Shown one piece after another: positions 18,438-28,689 of a DNA stretch of 33,600 nucleotides. Position 1 is the stretch's first letter, and each line of letters starts with the position of its first letter. The translations under genes were made by a program, and so were the position numbers. Source of the stretch: Candidatus Dojkabacteria bacterium (GTDB lineage: Bacteria > Patescibacteriota > Dojkabacteria > SC72); contig DUTP01000002.1 of assembly GCA_012842045.1 (NCBI GenBank), positions 1 through 33,600 on the forward strand, written 5' to 3'. The notes under the pieces were generated by a model. That model saw only the letters and a list, made by a program, of their open reading frames with translations. It was not told the origin of the DNA and made no database searches.

Positions 18438-19973
18438 ATGGAAGATATTACAAGTGATTTAATTGGACAAAGAAATGTTAGGATTGAGAAAGTAAAGAAA
18501 CTCAGAGAATTGGGGATTGACCCATATCCTGCAAAAACGCATAGGAAAGACAAGATAGGGGATGTGGTTGAGAATTTTGAGAAATATGAAGGCAAGGAGA
18601 CATGTTTAGTGGGTAGAGTTATGGCATGGAGAGAACATGGAAAGTTGGTTTTTGGTGATATAAGGGATCAATCTGGGAATATTCAGATAATGATCAAGCA
18701 AGATAATTTGGTTGAGGATTTGAAGAAAGGGTATTTGGGTTGGGAACATCTTTCACTTTTGGATTTAGCTGATTTTGTTGAAGTATATGGAACAATCGGT
18801 AAATCCAAAACGGGACAGATTACTATCATGGTAGAGTGTATTCGATTACTTTCTAAAGCCATTAGACCAATTCCTAGAGAACTTAAGAGTAAGGAACAGA
18901 AATTTAGAAGAAGATATTTAGACTTAGTTATTCATCCAGAAAAGATGAGATTGTTTGAAAGGAAGGCTAAGTTTTGGCAAGTACAGAGAGATTTCTTGAG
19001 AAAAGAAGGTTTTATGGAAGTAGAAGTTCCAATTATGGAACCAGTAACAGGAGGAGCAGATGCACGACCATTTATTACACATCATAATGCACTTGACCAA
19101 GAATTCTATCTTAGAATTTCTACCGAATTGTACCAGAAGAGGTTAATAGGTGCAGGTTTTGAAAAGATATATACTTTTGGTCCACACTTTAGAAATGAAG
19201 GTATGGATGATGAACATCTTCAAGAATTCTATGATATCGAATGGTATTGGGCATATGCTGATTACAAAGACAATATGAAATTAGTAAGAGAATTGTTCTT
19301 AGAGATTGCAAAGAAAGTGTATGGAAAGACAGAATTTGAAACAAGAGGGCATAAGTTTGATTTAGCAGATGAATGGAAAGAGATAGACTATGCAACGACA
19401 ATTAAAGATCACTTTGGAATTGATATTTTCAAGGATAGTGATGAAAAAATATTAGATGTAATAAAAAAGAATAATATTGAGATGGGTGGGGAGGTGAATA
19501 GGAATAGAATGATTGATACTCTTTGGAAGGATATTAGGACTAAGATATCAGGACCAGCATTTCTTGTTAATCAACCTAAGTTCATTTCACCATTAGCTAA
19601 ATCACATGAGGATAATGAAGAACTAACACAGAGATTCCAAGTGATAATAGCAGGTAGTGAGTTAGGTAACGGATATACAGAGATTAATGACCCTCAAGAC
19701 CAATTAGAAAGATTCTTAGAGCAACAGGCATTAAGAGAGAGTGGAGATGAGGAAGCACATATGTTGGATATAGATTTTGTAGAGATGTTGGAGTATGGTA
19801 TGCCACCTGTTAGTGGATATGGTCATAGTGAAAGGATATTCTGGTTTATGGAAGATGTTACTGCAAGAGAGGGAACATTCTTCCCACAGATGAGAATAGA
19901 GGTTGAGAATCTAACTAAGGAGATCTACAAAGATAAAGTAAAGTTTGAGGATACAAAGAAGAAAAAGAAGTAG
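18438..19973 (+). CDS. lysS: Lysine--tRNA ligase (class II)
   Basis: GIDPYP, RRRYLDL, GGADARPFITHHN, FRNEG, ELGNGYTEINDP, EYGMPP. Confidence 0.98.
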   Translation: MEDITSDLIGQRNVRIEKVKKLRELGIDPYPAKTHRKDKIGDVVENFEKYEGKETCLVGRVMAWREHGKLVFGDIRDQSGNIQIMIKQDNLVEDLKKGYLGWEHLSLLDLADFVEVYGTIGKSKTGQITIMVECIRLLSKAIRPIPRELKSKEQKFRRRYLDLVIHPEKMRLFERKAKFWQVQRDFLRKEGFMEVEVPIMEPVTGGADARPFITHHNALDQEFYLRISTELYQKRLIGAGFEKIYTFGPHFRNEGMDDEHLQEFYDIEWYWAYADYKDNMKLVRELFLEIAKKVYGKTEFETRGHKFDLADEWKEIDYATTIKDHFGIDIFKDSDEKILDVIKKNNIEMGGEVNRNRMIDTLWKDIRTKISGPAFLVNQPKFISPLAKSHEDNEELTQRFQVIIAGSELGNGYTEINDPQDQLERFLEQQALRESGDEEAHMLDIDFVEMLEYGMPPVSGYGHSERIFWFMEDVTAREGTFFPQMRIEVENLTKEIYKDKVKFEDTKKKKK

Positions 19974-19987
19974 TTTCTAAAAAAGCT

Positions 19988-20623
19988 ATGTCAAAAGTTT
20001 TTAAACTTCAATTCCAAAAATCTAATAGTAAAAAGATAGATTCTTTCTACAAGAAAGCAATGGAAGAGTTAAGTGAATTCTACCAGCTTAATTGGAATAG
20101 GAATACCCCTTTTATTTATCTTGTTGATAGTAGGGAAGATTATGATAAGTTGAATGGTTTTAAGACAGAACCTTGGGTTGTAGCATCAGCCTTTGAAAAT
20201 GGTGTGCTTATGTTATCTCCAGAGAGTTATGAGAAAGAGAGTACACATAAATATTCAGATGATGAGTATTTCTCTCTTATAAAACATGAGTTTAGTCATC
20301 TTTTCTATAATATATTTGCTAAGAACAATTACCCCGTATGGCTAAATGAGGGTTTTGCAATATATTCATCTGGTCAGTTAGCTACTAAGAAGAGACCAAA
20401 GAAGTTAAGTAAATTTCTTAATTATTATTCACAAGGAGGAACAGATGTGTATGAAGAGTCTGGGTTTGTAGTAGAGGGTTTGATTAAGGAGTTTGGAAAA
20501 GAGAAGGTTTTGAAGTTTATCAAACTATTACCTAATGTTAGAGGAGAAAGAGTGTTTAAAGAAGCTTTTGAGAAGTTTTTTGATTTAGAATTAAGTTATG
20601 AGAGTATTCAGGAGTTGTTATAA
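19988..20623 (+). CDS. Gluzincin (peptidase MA-like) metallopeptidase
   Basis: HEFSH followed by WLNEGFA. Confidence 0.8.
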   Translation: MSKVFKLQFQKSNSKKIDSFYKKAMEELSEFYQLNWNRNTPFIYLVDSREDYDKLNGFKTEPWVVASAFENGVLMLSPESYEKESTHKYSDDEYFSLIKHEFSHLFYNIFAKNNYPVWLNEGFAIYSSGQLATKKRPKKLSKFLNYYSQGGTDVYEESGFVVEGLIKEFGKEKVLKFIKLLPNVRGERVFKEAFEKFFDLELSYESIQELL

Positions 20624-20742
20624 AGTTATTAAATTTTAAGAAGCTCTCTTCAGGTAGTTTCTAGTTTTTTTATTTTTCTAATCCACCGATTTTTATCTAT
20701 TTATCAAATCTAAGAATTTCTATATAAATGATATAATTATAT

Positions 20743-21138
20743 ATGGATTCTATAAAAGATATACTCTCACAACTTAAAAAAACTATCCCAAAAGAAAAAA
20801 AGAAAAAAGGTGAAAAAGAGATACAATCTAAACTCTTTGATTTAGACACATTAGAAACAAATCCTAAGAAACTTTTTGGAGATAAAGGGAAGTATGTATC
20901 TACAGAACATCAAAGTTATGGTTTAAGGTTAGCAGGTAAGTTAGATGATAAAAAAAGGTTAACTATGTATATCAAATGGGCAAAAACCAAGCCCAGAGCT
21001 ATACTAGAGACAGCCTTGAGTTTTGTATCTGATTATCCAAATGCAGAGAGTAAATCTAGGCTATTTATGTGGAAAGTAAAACAATTAGAAGATGAAATTA
21101 AATCGAAAAAAGAACAAAAACAGAAAGATACTAAGTAG
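20743..21138 (+). CDS. Hypothetical basic helical protein
   Basis: 131 aa; TGATATAAT 5 nt before the ATG. Confidence 0.75.
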   Translation: MDSIKDILSQLKKTIPKEKKKKGEKEIQSKLFDLDTLETNPKKLFGDKGKYVSTEHQSYGLRLAGKLDDKKRLTMYIKWAKTKPRAILETALSFVSDYPNAESKSRLFMWKVKQLEDEIKSKKEQKQKDTK

Positions 21139-21913
21139 GGAGATACAGATGTATTTCTCTAGAGAGTTCCAGTACAGAGGGCAAATGGTTGCTTGGATTC
21201 TTGCAGATATTCTTAAGATACTAGGTCTCTGTTTTATCTGGCTAACTTCTGCAAAAGTTAATGGCAATGTAGAGCAAGGATATGTTGTGACATATTACAT
21301 TCTAATTATGCTTGTTAGTAAATTTACTTCAGACTACACGGTAGAGCATGGTGTTAGAAATATATTAGATGGTAGGTTTTCTAACTTCCTAATTAAACCA
21401 TTTAACTATCTTTTAGAATATTTAGGAATTAATATTGGGGGTAATGTTTTAAGAGTAATACTTTTCCTTCCTGCATTTCTTTTAGGAATATTAATTGCAT
21501 GGAAGAGTAATCTTTGGATTATGAATTTTAATATTCTTTCAATTTTCTTAGGACTAATTGCAATTGTTATTGGTTTTTCTATTAGTTTCTTAATGGGGAA
21601 TATTATTGCATTAGCTGCTATTAAGATAAAAGAGATGGATAGTATTAGAATATTTTTTTACAATGTGGCATCACTTCTCTCTGGGGAGTTCATACCTCTA
21701 GCTTTCATTTCAGGTGTAGCAAGGAAATTTTTCATTCTTCTACCTTTTAGATATACACTATCATTTCCAGTAGAGGTTTTTATTGGTGATATTGAAACAA
21801 AAGATATGTTGTTAGGTTTTCTAATGGGGATAACATGGCTTACAGTATTATATTTTTCTTACAAATTAATTTACAAGAAAGCTATTAAGAGATATGAAGC
21901 AGAAGGAATATAG
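21092..21913 (+). CDS. ABC-2 type permease (DUF990-like)
   Basis: FQYR, DGRFSNFLIKP, LLSGEFIPL, LPFRYTLSFPVE, RYEAEG. Alternative start at ATG 21149. Confidence 0.88.
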   Translation: MKLNRKKNKNRKILSREIQMYFSREFQYRGQMVAWILADILKILGLCFIWLTSAKVNGNVEQGYVVTYYILIMLVSKFTSDYTVEHGVRNILDGRFSNFLIKPFNYLLEYLGINIGGNVLRVILFLPAFLLGILIAWKSNLWIMNFNILSIFLGLIAIVIGFSISFLMGNIIALAAIKIKEMDSIRIFFYNVASLLSGEFIPLAFISGVARKFFILLPFRYTLSFPVEVFIGDIETKDMLLGFLMGITWLTVLYFSYKLIYKKAIKRYEAEGI

Positions 21914-22706
21914 TAGGGGGATAAAATATTATTGGAATGTATGGAGACATGTTTTTAAGGGTGGTCTTAAACGAAGTTATCTTTACAAAACAGATATATT
22001 TGTAAGAATTCTTAGGACTCTTCTTGTTGTTGGAATACAGATTGGTTTGTTGAATATACTGTTTGGAAAGAGTGAAGTGTATGCTGGGTGGAATAAGTCA
22101 GAGACATATCTAGTTATTGGTATTTGGAATGTTCTTAACTATCTTGGTTGGTCGGTTTTTTCTACGAATCTTTTGTATTTGGAATCTAAAGTTATTGAGG
22201 GGAAATTTGACTATATTCTTCTTAAACCTCTCTCTTCATCTTGGTATGCTTCATTTTCAGATTTCTTCATTACAAACTTCATTACTGCAATATCGGGGGT
22301 TATATTAATAATCTATTACATAATTGTAGAATGGGGGAATATACAATTGTTGGATGTTCTTGTTGGTATATTAGCAATTTGTGTGGCATTACTTATTTGG
22401 TATGCTATATATCTTTTCTTTGCTAGTTTTACTATTTCAAATCCTAGAAATGGGATTCTTTCAATAGCTAAGGAACTTCTTGGGTTAACTAAGTATCCTA
22501 TGGATGTTTTTGGTAGTTCATTGGGTTTTGTTTTTTATACTGTTATACCAATTGCATTCCTAACTACTGTTCCTGCAAATATAATTAGAGGAGAGTTTAG
22601 CTATGGTTTTGTGTTGATAGGGTTAGGTATATCAATGCTACTTATTTTTATTGCTAACCTGTTTTGGAAGTGGAATGTAAAGAAATATTCTAGTGCGAGT
22701 AGCTAA
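21894..22706 (+). CDS. ABC-2 type permease (DUF990-like)
   Basis: GW, GKFDYILLKP, KYPMDVF, YTVIPIAF...VPA, KYSSASS. Confidence 0.9.
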   Translation: MKQKEYSRGIKYYWNVWRHVFKGGLKRSYLYKTDIFVRILRTLLVVGIQIGLLNILFGKSEVYAGWNKSETYLVIGIWNVLNYLGWSVFSTNLLYLESKVIEGKFDYILLKPLSSSWYASFSDFFITNFITAISGVILIIYYIIVEWGNIQLLDVLVGILAICVALLIWYAIYLFFASFTISNPRNGILSIAKELLGLTKYPMDVFGSSLGFVFYTVIPIAFLTTVPANIIRGEFSYGFVLIGLGISMLLIFIANLFWKWNVKKYSSASS

Positions 22707-22816
22707 AATGTAATTTTGTTTAACCTCTAGTATATTAAAAATCTACTAAAAAACATCTATAGTCCTTACTGTATACATACAAACTGATGAGGTAACCTTA
22801 TTTCTTATTTATTGAC

Positions 22817-24646
22817 CTACTTATATCCCTCCGCCTGTAATTTGTATGATTTACTGTATATTCCATCCTTCTTTACTAATTCTTCATGTGTGCCCTCTTC
22901 TACAACCTTTCCTTTGTCTAAAACAATAATCCTGTCAGCATTTCTAACAGTACTAAATCTATGCGATATAATGATTACTGTTTTATTATCAAAAAAATCA
23001 TATATTCTATTAAATATCTTGTATTCAGAAACAGCATCTATAGCGGCAGTGGGTTCATCAAAAATAGCAAGAGGAGCATTCCTGTAAAAGAATCTAGCAA
23101 TTGCTATCTTCTGGGCTTGTCCTGAACTTGGTCTAATACCACCTTCTACTTTCTCTGTCATTATCTGGTCATACTTATTCTTGTATTCCATAATAAATTC
23201 ATGGGCATCTGCATTCTTAGCAGCTTCAATGACCTTTTTCTCGTCTACTTTCTCCTTTGGTTTCCCAGTGATAATGTTTTCCTTTACACTAAGGTGTGAA
23301 TAGAAGTTGAATTCTTGAAAGAGTACACCAAGGTTCTTGTACCAATCATCTATTGATAAATCATTAATATTGATTCCATTAATTAAAATTGCACCACTAG
23401 TTACAGAATATATTCTCGCTAAGAGTTTTACGATTGTAGTCTTTCCAGCACCGTTATGTCCGACCAAAGCTACTTCTTCTCCACTGTCAATTTTAAAACT
23501 TAGATTCTTAAACACGTATTTTTTTGCTTTTGGATATTTAAAAGAAACATTTCTAAATTCAATTTCTGGAGGAGTGTCTAAATATGGAAGCTTGATGTTT
23601 CCATCTTCAACTGCAGGCTTCATCTCGAAGAGAGCAATAAGATCTTTCATCTTTACTGAGAACTCATTCATAAATGTGATGGAAGCTAACATACTGTCCA
23701 AAGAACCTGCAAATGTATCTAAAGCTCTCATTTGAAAGGAGGCAGTTCCCATTGTAAATTTCCCATGTACGAAGTTATAGAAGACAACACCATATCCGAC
23801 AACACCAATTATTGAATCTAAAGCAGAAAGGAAGAAATTAGTAACTTCTCTCTCTTTGAAAATTTTTAACATTCCATTGTTAAACCAAGTAAAGCAGTCA
23901 TCAAATTTCTTTTTAAAGAACTCATATCCTCCAACAATACTAATCTCTTGTAGACTAGATGCATTTTGTACAGCACCTATGGATGACCATGCAATTCTTC
24001 TTTTTTCCGAATTATCTACTTGCCAGTGAAAATCCTTTTTCATGAAATATTGATCAGGGAAGAATCTGATAATCATAGATCCTAAAAGTACCGGAATCAT
24101 GACAGGGAAGAAGGAGAATATTACAACACCAGAAACAATTACTTGAACAATGTTGGAGATGAACACAACAGTATCATTAAGGACCATAAATGTGTCTTGT
24201 AACCATTGTGAAGCTCTGTTTATACGATTTAATATATCTGGGTTTTCTAAGTTTTGTACACCTAAGTAATTCAATTGTTGTGCAAATATAATTTCTAATC
24301 TGCTTCGAGATATTTGTCTTAATCCTCTGTAAGAGTATTGATATATATTCCCAATTAGTCCAGAGACAAAAATGTAGTAGAGAAGCAAAGCTACTAGATA
24401 TGGAATCATTAATCTAAAATCTTTAGCCTCACTTGAAGCTACCATAATTAATTGGTCAATTATTTTTGCAAAAAACACTCCATATATTAAACCTCTTAAA
24501 TCTCTAAGAATCCTTGTTATCAAAAGTAATATGGTTTTACTGGGAGAGATTTCATAGTATGTTTTAAATATCCAACCAACAGTTTTGATAAATTCTTTTG
24601 GAGATAATTTCTCCTGTTTTTCTTTTTCCTGCTTTTTCTTTTCCAT
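22817..24646 (-). CDS. ABC exporter, fused permease/ATP-binding protein
   Basis: N-terminal TMD; Walker A GHNGAGKT, signature variant PSSGQ, Walker B IFDEPTAAID, SHRFSTV. Confidence 0.95.
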   Translation of the reverse strand: MEKKKQEKEKQEKLSPKEFIKTVGWIFKTYYEISPSKTILLLITRILRDLRGLIYGVFFAKIIDQLIMVASSEAKDFRLMIPYLVALLLYYIFVSGLIGNIYQYSYRGLRQISRSRLEIIFAQQLNYLGVQNLENPDILNRINRASQWLQDTFMVLNDTVVFISNIVQVIVSGVVIFSFFPVMIPVLLGSMIIRFFPDQYFMKKDFHWQVDNSEKRRIAWSSIGAVQNASSLQEISIVGGYEFFKKKFDDCFTWFNNGMLKIFKEREVTNFFLSALDSIIGVVGYGVVFYNFVHGKFTMGTASFQMRALDTFAGSLDSMLASITFMNEFSVKMKDLIALFEMKPAVEDGNIKLPYLDTPPEIEFRNVSFKYPKAKKYVFKNLSFKIDSGEEVALVGHNGAGKTTIVKLLARIYSVTSGAILINGININDLSIDDWYKNLGVLFQEFNFYSHLSVKENIITGKPKEKVDEKKVIEAAKNADAHEFIMEYKNKYDQIMTEKVEGGIRPSSGQAQKIAIARFFYRNAPLAIFDEPTAAIDAVSEYKIFNRIYDFFDNKTVIIISHRFSTVRNADRIIVLDKGKVVEEGTHEELVKKDGIYSKSYKLQAEGYK

Positions 24647-24676
24647 TATTGATAGAGGATATGTTTAATAAAGACT

Positions 24677-24706
24677 ATTGTAACAGGTGAAATTGAAATG
24701 TGTCAA
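24677..24706 (-). promoter_or_regulatory. Sigma70 promoter of ABC exporter
   Basis: TTGACA, 18 nt, TACAAT with extended TG. Confidence 0.65.
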
Positions 24707-24720
24707 ATGTTTTTGTTGAG

Positions 24721-25710
24721 TTATAGGTGTTTTCTAACGACTTTTAATATTTTTTCTAGAACCTCGTCTAATGAAGTAGCCTGTATCTGTACACCTGCTG
24801 AATATGTATGACCACCTCCTCCTAGCTCTTCTGCTATTACCTTGACATCCTGATATCCTTTAGTACTTCTAAATGAAACAAACCAAACATTTTCAATATT
24901 CATATCTGGTTTTAAGATAAAACCCCAATGTACACCTTGTATAAATCGGAGATATTTATCTCTCAAGAAGCTCTGTGCTGTACTGGCTCCTTTCTTTAAT
25001 TCATCATTGTTTTCTAAATCTTCTCTACTTACAAACATATATGCCATATCTTTCTCAATTATTAATGACTCTAAGTATTTAATAATGGCAGGTGTTGCTT
25101 CTCTTGGGAATTTTGAGTTCCTGTATGCAAAGTCCTCAAGGTCCACGTCAGCTATCTCTTTGGCATCTGCAAATACTCTATGTGTGTTGGGAGTGGTGAC
25201 ATCGTAAAGGAATCTACCAGTGTCTGCAACTATTCCATACTGTACTAACTCTGCCTTCTCTTCATCTAGTTTAAATTTTTTCCCATATACACTCTTAAGA
25301 AGTTCATGAACCTCTTCTGCTGCAGAACTCATGTTGTTGTTTATCAAAACTTCACCATGTACATAATTAAAAAAAGTATCGTGGTGATCTATATATATCT
25401 TTTGAATATCGTTAGAAATATTATCTTCATCGCCAGTACACAAACTAATATCTCCGGCATCAGTTACAATGATTAAATCAAAACCAGTTGAATCTAATCT
25501 GTCTACCATCTCAATATCCTTCATTCTTGGCAACCTAATTGTAGGACTCTGTTTGGTTTGAAAGACAAATCTCTTCTTAGGATATATCTCCTCTAAACTT
25601 ATCTTAAGAAGTAATGCACTAGAGAAAGCATCAATGTCTGGTCCTTTATGAGTCAGAATTAATATGTTTTTTGACCTTTCAACAAGTTTTTTGAATAGTT
25701 TGTAAGACAT
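24721..25710 (-). CDS. nrnA: DHH/DHHA1 oligoribonuclease / pAp phosphatase (NrnA-like)
   Basis: THKGPDIDA, TD, IDHH, DTGRF, SFRS, GGGGH. Confidence 0.9.
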   Translation of the reverse strand: MSYKLFKKLVERSKNILILTHKGPDIDAFSSALLLKISLEEIYPKKRFVFQTKQSPTIRLPRMKDIEMVDRLDSTGFDLIIVTDAGDISLCTGDEDNISNDIQKIYIDHHDTFFNYVHGEVLINNNMSSAAEEVHELLKSVYGKKFKLDEEKAELVQYGIVADTGRFLYDVTTPNTHRVFADAKEIADVDLEDFAYRNSKFPREATPAIIKYLESLIIEKDMAYMFVSREDLENNDELKKGASTAQSFLRDKYLRFIQGVHWGFILKPDMNIENVWFVSFRSTKGYQDVKVIAEELGGGGHTYSAGVQIQATSLDEVLEKILKVVRKHL

Positions 25711-25825
25711 GACTCATTATACCATCCATTTAAAATGATTGTCTTGCAATATTTTCTATACACTTTAATTGATATCATAAATAACTTGTGATACTGTATT
25801 AATATAACTTTTAAATAAAATAGTT

Positions 25826-26731
25826 ATGAACAAAAACAAGGTTTTACAAATAGTCTTGTTTGTTCTTCTCTTTCTCATTGTAGGTCTTGGTGCATATTAT
25901 CTCTATTCAAAAGGAGTAATATGTAAATCACCAACAAGAACCGATGAAGAGATTACAGAGGAAGGTCTATACAAGACAGATGAAGGAGTAAGTTTTGAAC
26001 TAATTAGTCCTTTACCTGATAGTGAGATAGATTGTAAGTTTACTCTAGCTGGTAAAATGCCAAGAGAGTGGTTCTTTGAAAACTCCTTTTCATATTCAAT
26101 CATTGTAGATGGAAAAGAAGTATTAGCAGGTTCTGTACAAAGCAAAGATGACTATACAGAGAAAGAGATTTTAGAATTTGCTGAGGAGATTGAGTGCAAG
26201 GAGGGGTGTATTGGTGAGGGAGAGATTGTTTTAAAGAATGCTAACCCATCTGGTTTGCCAGAGAATGATGATCAGTACAGGATACCTGTTAAATTTACAT
26301 CGAAATGTTCTGTAGAGGAGGTTGTAGAGGAAACTCCTAAGGTAGCAGTAGTAAAACTTTTCTTTGGGAATAGTGAGAAAGATCCTGATTTTGAGAAATG
26401 TGAAGTAACATATGAGGTTAAAAGAACTATCAATGAGGTTGTAGCTGTTGGTAAAGCATCTATAAATGAGCTTCTTAAAGGACCAAGTACAATAGAGAAA
26501 AGTAAAGGATTTTACACTTCTATTCCTTCAGGAACAGAATTAAAATCTATTAATATTAAGGATGGAGTAGCATATGTAGATTTCAATGAGAAACTAATTG
26601 AAGGAGTAGGTGGAAACTGTTTAACAAGTAGGATTAGATCACAGATTACAAATACACTTAAACAATTTCCAACAGTGAAAAAAGTTGTAATACAAGTTAA
26701 TGGGAAATCTGAAGGAGTATTAGAACCGTAG
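25826..26731 (+). CDS. Membrane-anchored Gmad2 Ig-like + GerMN domain protein
   Basis: N-terminal TM; SPLPDSEI...G...WFFENSF and NANPSGLPEN (Gmad2-like); ELLKGPS...IPSGT...AYVDF...QITNTLKQFPTVKKV (GerMN). Confidence 0.85.
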   Translation: MNKNKVLQIVLFVLLFLIVGLGAYYLYSKGVICKSPTRTDEEITEEGLYKTDEGVSFELISPLPDSEIDCKFTLAGKMPREWFFENSFSYSIIVDGKEVLAGSVQSKDDYTEKEILEFAEEIECKEGCIGEGEIVLKNANPSGLPENDDQYRIPVKFTSKCSVEEVVEETPKVAVVKLFFGNSEKDPDFEKCEVTYEVKRTINEVVAVGKASINELLKGPSTIEKSKGFYTSIPSGTELKSINIKDGVAYVDFNEKLIEGVGGNCLTSRIRSQITNTLKQFPTVKKVVIQVNGKSEGVLEP

Positions 26732-26855
26732 TCTAATACTAAACCAGAGTAGTTAAATAATATTTTTCTTTTTAGCTAAATAGCCCTTGGGTCGTTGATA
26801 TAACCTAGTTATGGTAATATAATAGACATATCTTACTAAATTAATAAAAACAGAT

Positions 26856-28124
26856 ATGTTAGATATCAAACGCATAGTAGAACACAAAGAAGAAGTTCAA
26901 AGAGGTCTTCTCAAAAGAATGAATCCAGAAGATTTCAATCTAGGTGAAATAATATCTCTTTACGAAAATAAGAAGTCGTTACAAACAGAGTTTGATACAA
27001 AAAGAGCAGAGCAAAATAGTTTTAATGAAAGAATGGCTAAGGAAGATAAGGGAAGTGATGCTTTTAAGGAATTAGTAAAGGAACTCAAAGAACTATCTGA
27101 AGAAGTAAAAGAAATAGAAACAAGATTAAAAGAAGCAGATGAAAAACTAAAATCTAAGTTAGAGGTTCTCCCAAATGTACCAGATGAAGATGTAGTTTCT
27201 GGTGGTAAGGAAAACAATGAAGTTGTAAAAGAGGTTGGAAGAAAACCAGAATATGCATTTGCAATTAGAGACCATGTAGAGCTAGGTGTTGATTTAGGAA
27301 TCTTTGATTTTGAAACAGCATCAAAAGTTTCTGGAAACAACTTCTCTATGTACAGAGGTTTAGGTGCACAACTAGAATGGGCATTGATAAACTACTTCAT
27401 TTCAACACACTTAGATAATGGATACGAAATGATAATACCTCCTAATCTTGTAGTAAGAGAATCAGCATATACAGCAGGACAACTACCAAAGTTCGAAGAT
27501 GATGTATATTGGGTTCAAGATGGACTATGCTTAATTCCTACATCAGAAACAGTCCTTACCAATATCTACAGAGGAGATATCTTAAATGAGAGTGATTTAC
27601 CAAAGAAGTTCTTTGCATATACACCTTGCTATCGAAGAGAAGCAGGAAGTTACAGAGCTAATGAAAAAGGTTTAATTAGAATGCATCAATTTAACAAAGT
27701 AGAAATGTTCCAATATACTTCTGTAGAAAAGTCAAAGGAAAGTTTTGAAGAGATGCTAAATATTGCAGAAGAGTTAGTTGCTGGATTAGGTTTGCATTAC
27801 AGAGTTGTAAAATTAGCCGCAGGGGATTGTTCTGCTGGTATGGCAAGAACATATGATGTTGAGGTATATATCCCATCTATGGATACATACTATGAAGTCA
27901 GTTCTGTCTCCAATTCTAAGGACTATCAAGCTAGAAGAGGTAATATGAGGTACAAGAAAGCAGATGGAAAGATAGAGTTCTTACATACCCTAAATGGCTC
28001 TGGTTTAGCAACAAGTAGATTAATGGTTGGCCTCATTGAAACATACCAAAATGAAGATGGTAGTGTGACAATTCCAGAGGTTCTAAGACCATTTATGAAT
28101 GGTTTAAGTAAAATATCTAAGTAA
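26856..28124 (+). CDS. serS: Serine--tRNA ligase
   Basis: MLDIK, GQLPKF, LIPTSE, RREAG, GLIRMHQFNKVE, YQARR, HTLNGSGLA. Confidence 0.98.
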   Translation: MLDIKRIVEHKEEVQRGLLKRMNPEDFNLGEIISLYENKKSLQTEFDTKRAEQNSFNERMAKEDKGSDAFKELVKELKELSEEVKEIETRLKEADEKLKSKLEVLPNVPDEDVVSGGKENNEVVKEVGRKPEYAFAIRDHVELGVDLGIFDFETASKVSGNNFSMYRGLGAQLEWALINYFISTHLDNGYEMIIPPNLVVRESAYTAGQLPKFEDDVYWVQDGLCLIPTSETVLTNIYRGDILNESDLPKKFFAYTPCYRREAGSYRANEKGLIRMHQFNKVEMFQYTSVEKSKESFEEMLNIAEELVAGLGLHYRVVKLAAGDCSAGMARTYDVEVYIPSMDTYYEVSSVSNSKDYQARRGNMRYKKADGKIEFLHTLNGSGLATSRLMVGLIETYQNEDGSVTIPEVLRPFMNGLSKISK

Positions 28125-28128
28125 AACA

Positions 28129-28689
28129 ATGAGCATATTTGTTGGCTTTTTTCCAGATGATGAAATTAAAACAAAAATAGCTACTGTAGTAGTAGGTGTA
28201 AAGGATGTATTCAAAGATTTAGGAATTAATGTTAGATGGAGTGAAGCAGGAAAGTACCATGTAACATTACTTTTTCTTAGTGCTGATACGTCACCAATTA
28301 AATTACTGTATTACAAGTTTCTACTTAAAAAATTTAGTTTTAAGAAGTTTAAGATAAGATTTAATTCTATAAAGTTAGGTCTCTCAAGAAAATTTAGGCA
28401 ATTAATATATCTAGATTTATTGGAAGGTGGAGAGGAGATGAGAGGACTATATTTAACACTCAAAAAACTCTTGAAAAGTAAACAGGATATCAATTTCATT
28501 CCACACCTTACACTAGGAAGAGTAAATAAAGATGTATCACAGCAAGAATATTTGAATATAGTGAAAGATTTAAATGTTCTTACTAAAAAACTAAAAGTAA
28601 GTGATATCTCTTTTTCGGTGGATAGTATAGATTTAGTTAAATCACAGGATGGAAAGTATTCAGTTGAAATGAGCATTTCTAGTTCTTAG
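28129..28689 (+). CDS. thpR: RNA 2',3'-cyclic phosphodiesterase (LigT-like 2H family)
   Basis: Two HxT motifs: YHVTLLFL and FIPHLTLGR. Confidence 0.88.
   Translation: MSIFVGFFPDDEIKTKIATVVVGVKDVFKDLGINVRWSEAGKYHVTLLFLSADTSPIKLLYYKFLLKKFSFKKFKIRFNSIKLGLSRKFRQLIYLDLLEGGEEMRGLYLTLKKLLKSKQDINFIPHLTLGRVNKDVSQQEYLNIVKDLNVLTKKLKVSDISFSVDSIDLVKSQDGKYSVEMSISSS

Noticed and set aside
22784-22800. CTGATGAG hammerhead ribozyme core between convergent genes
   Set aside because: No GAAA after the putative stem II and no stems I/III.
23110-23150. ABC signature PSSGQ as evidence of an inactive NBD
   Set aside because: Walker A, Walker B Glu, D-loop and H-loop are intact. A signature variant alone is not enough.
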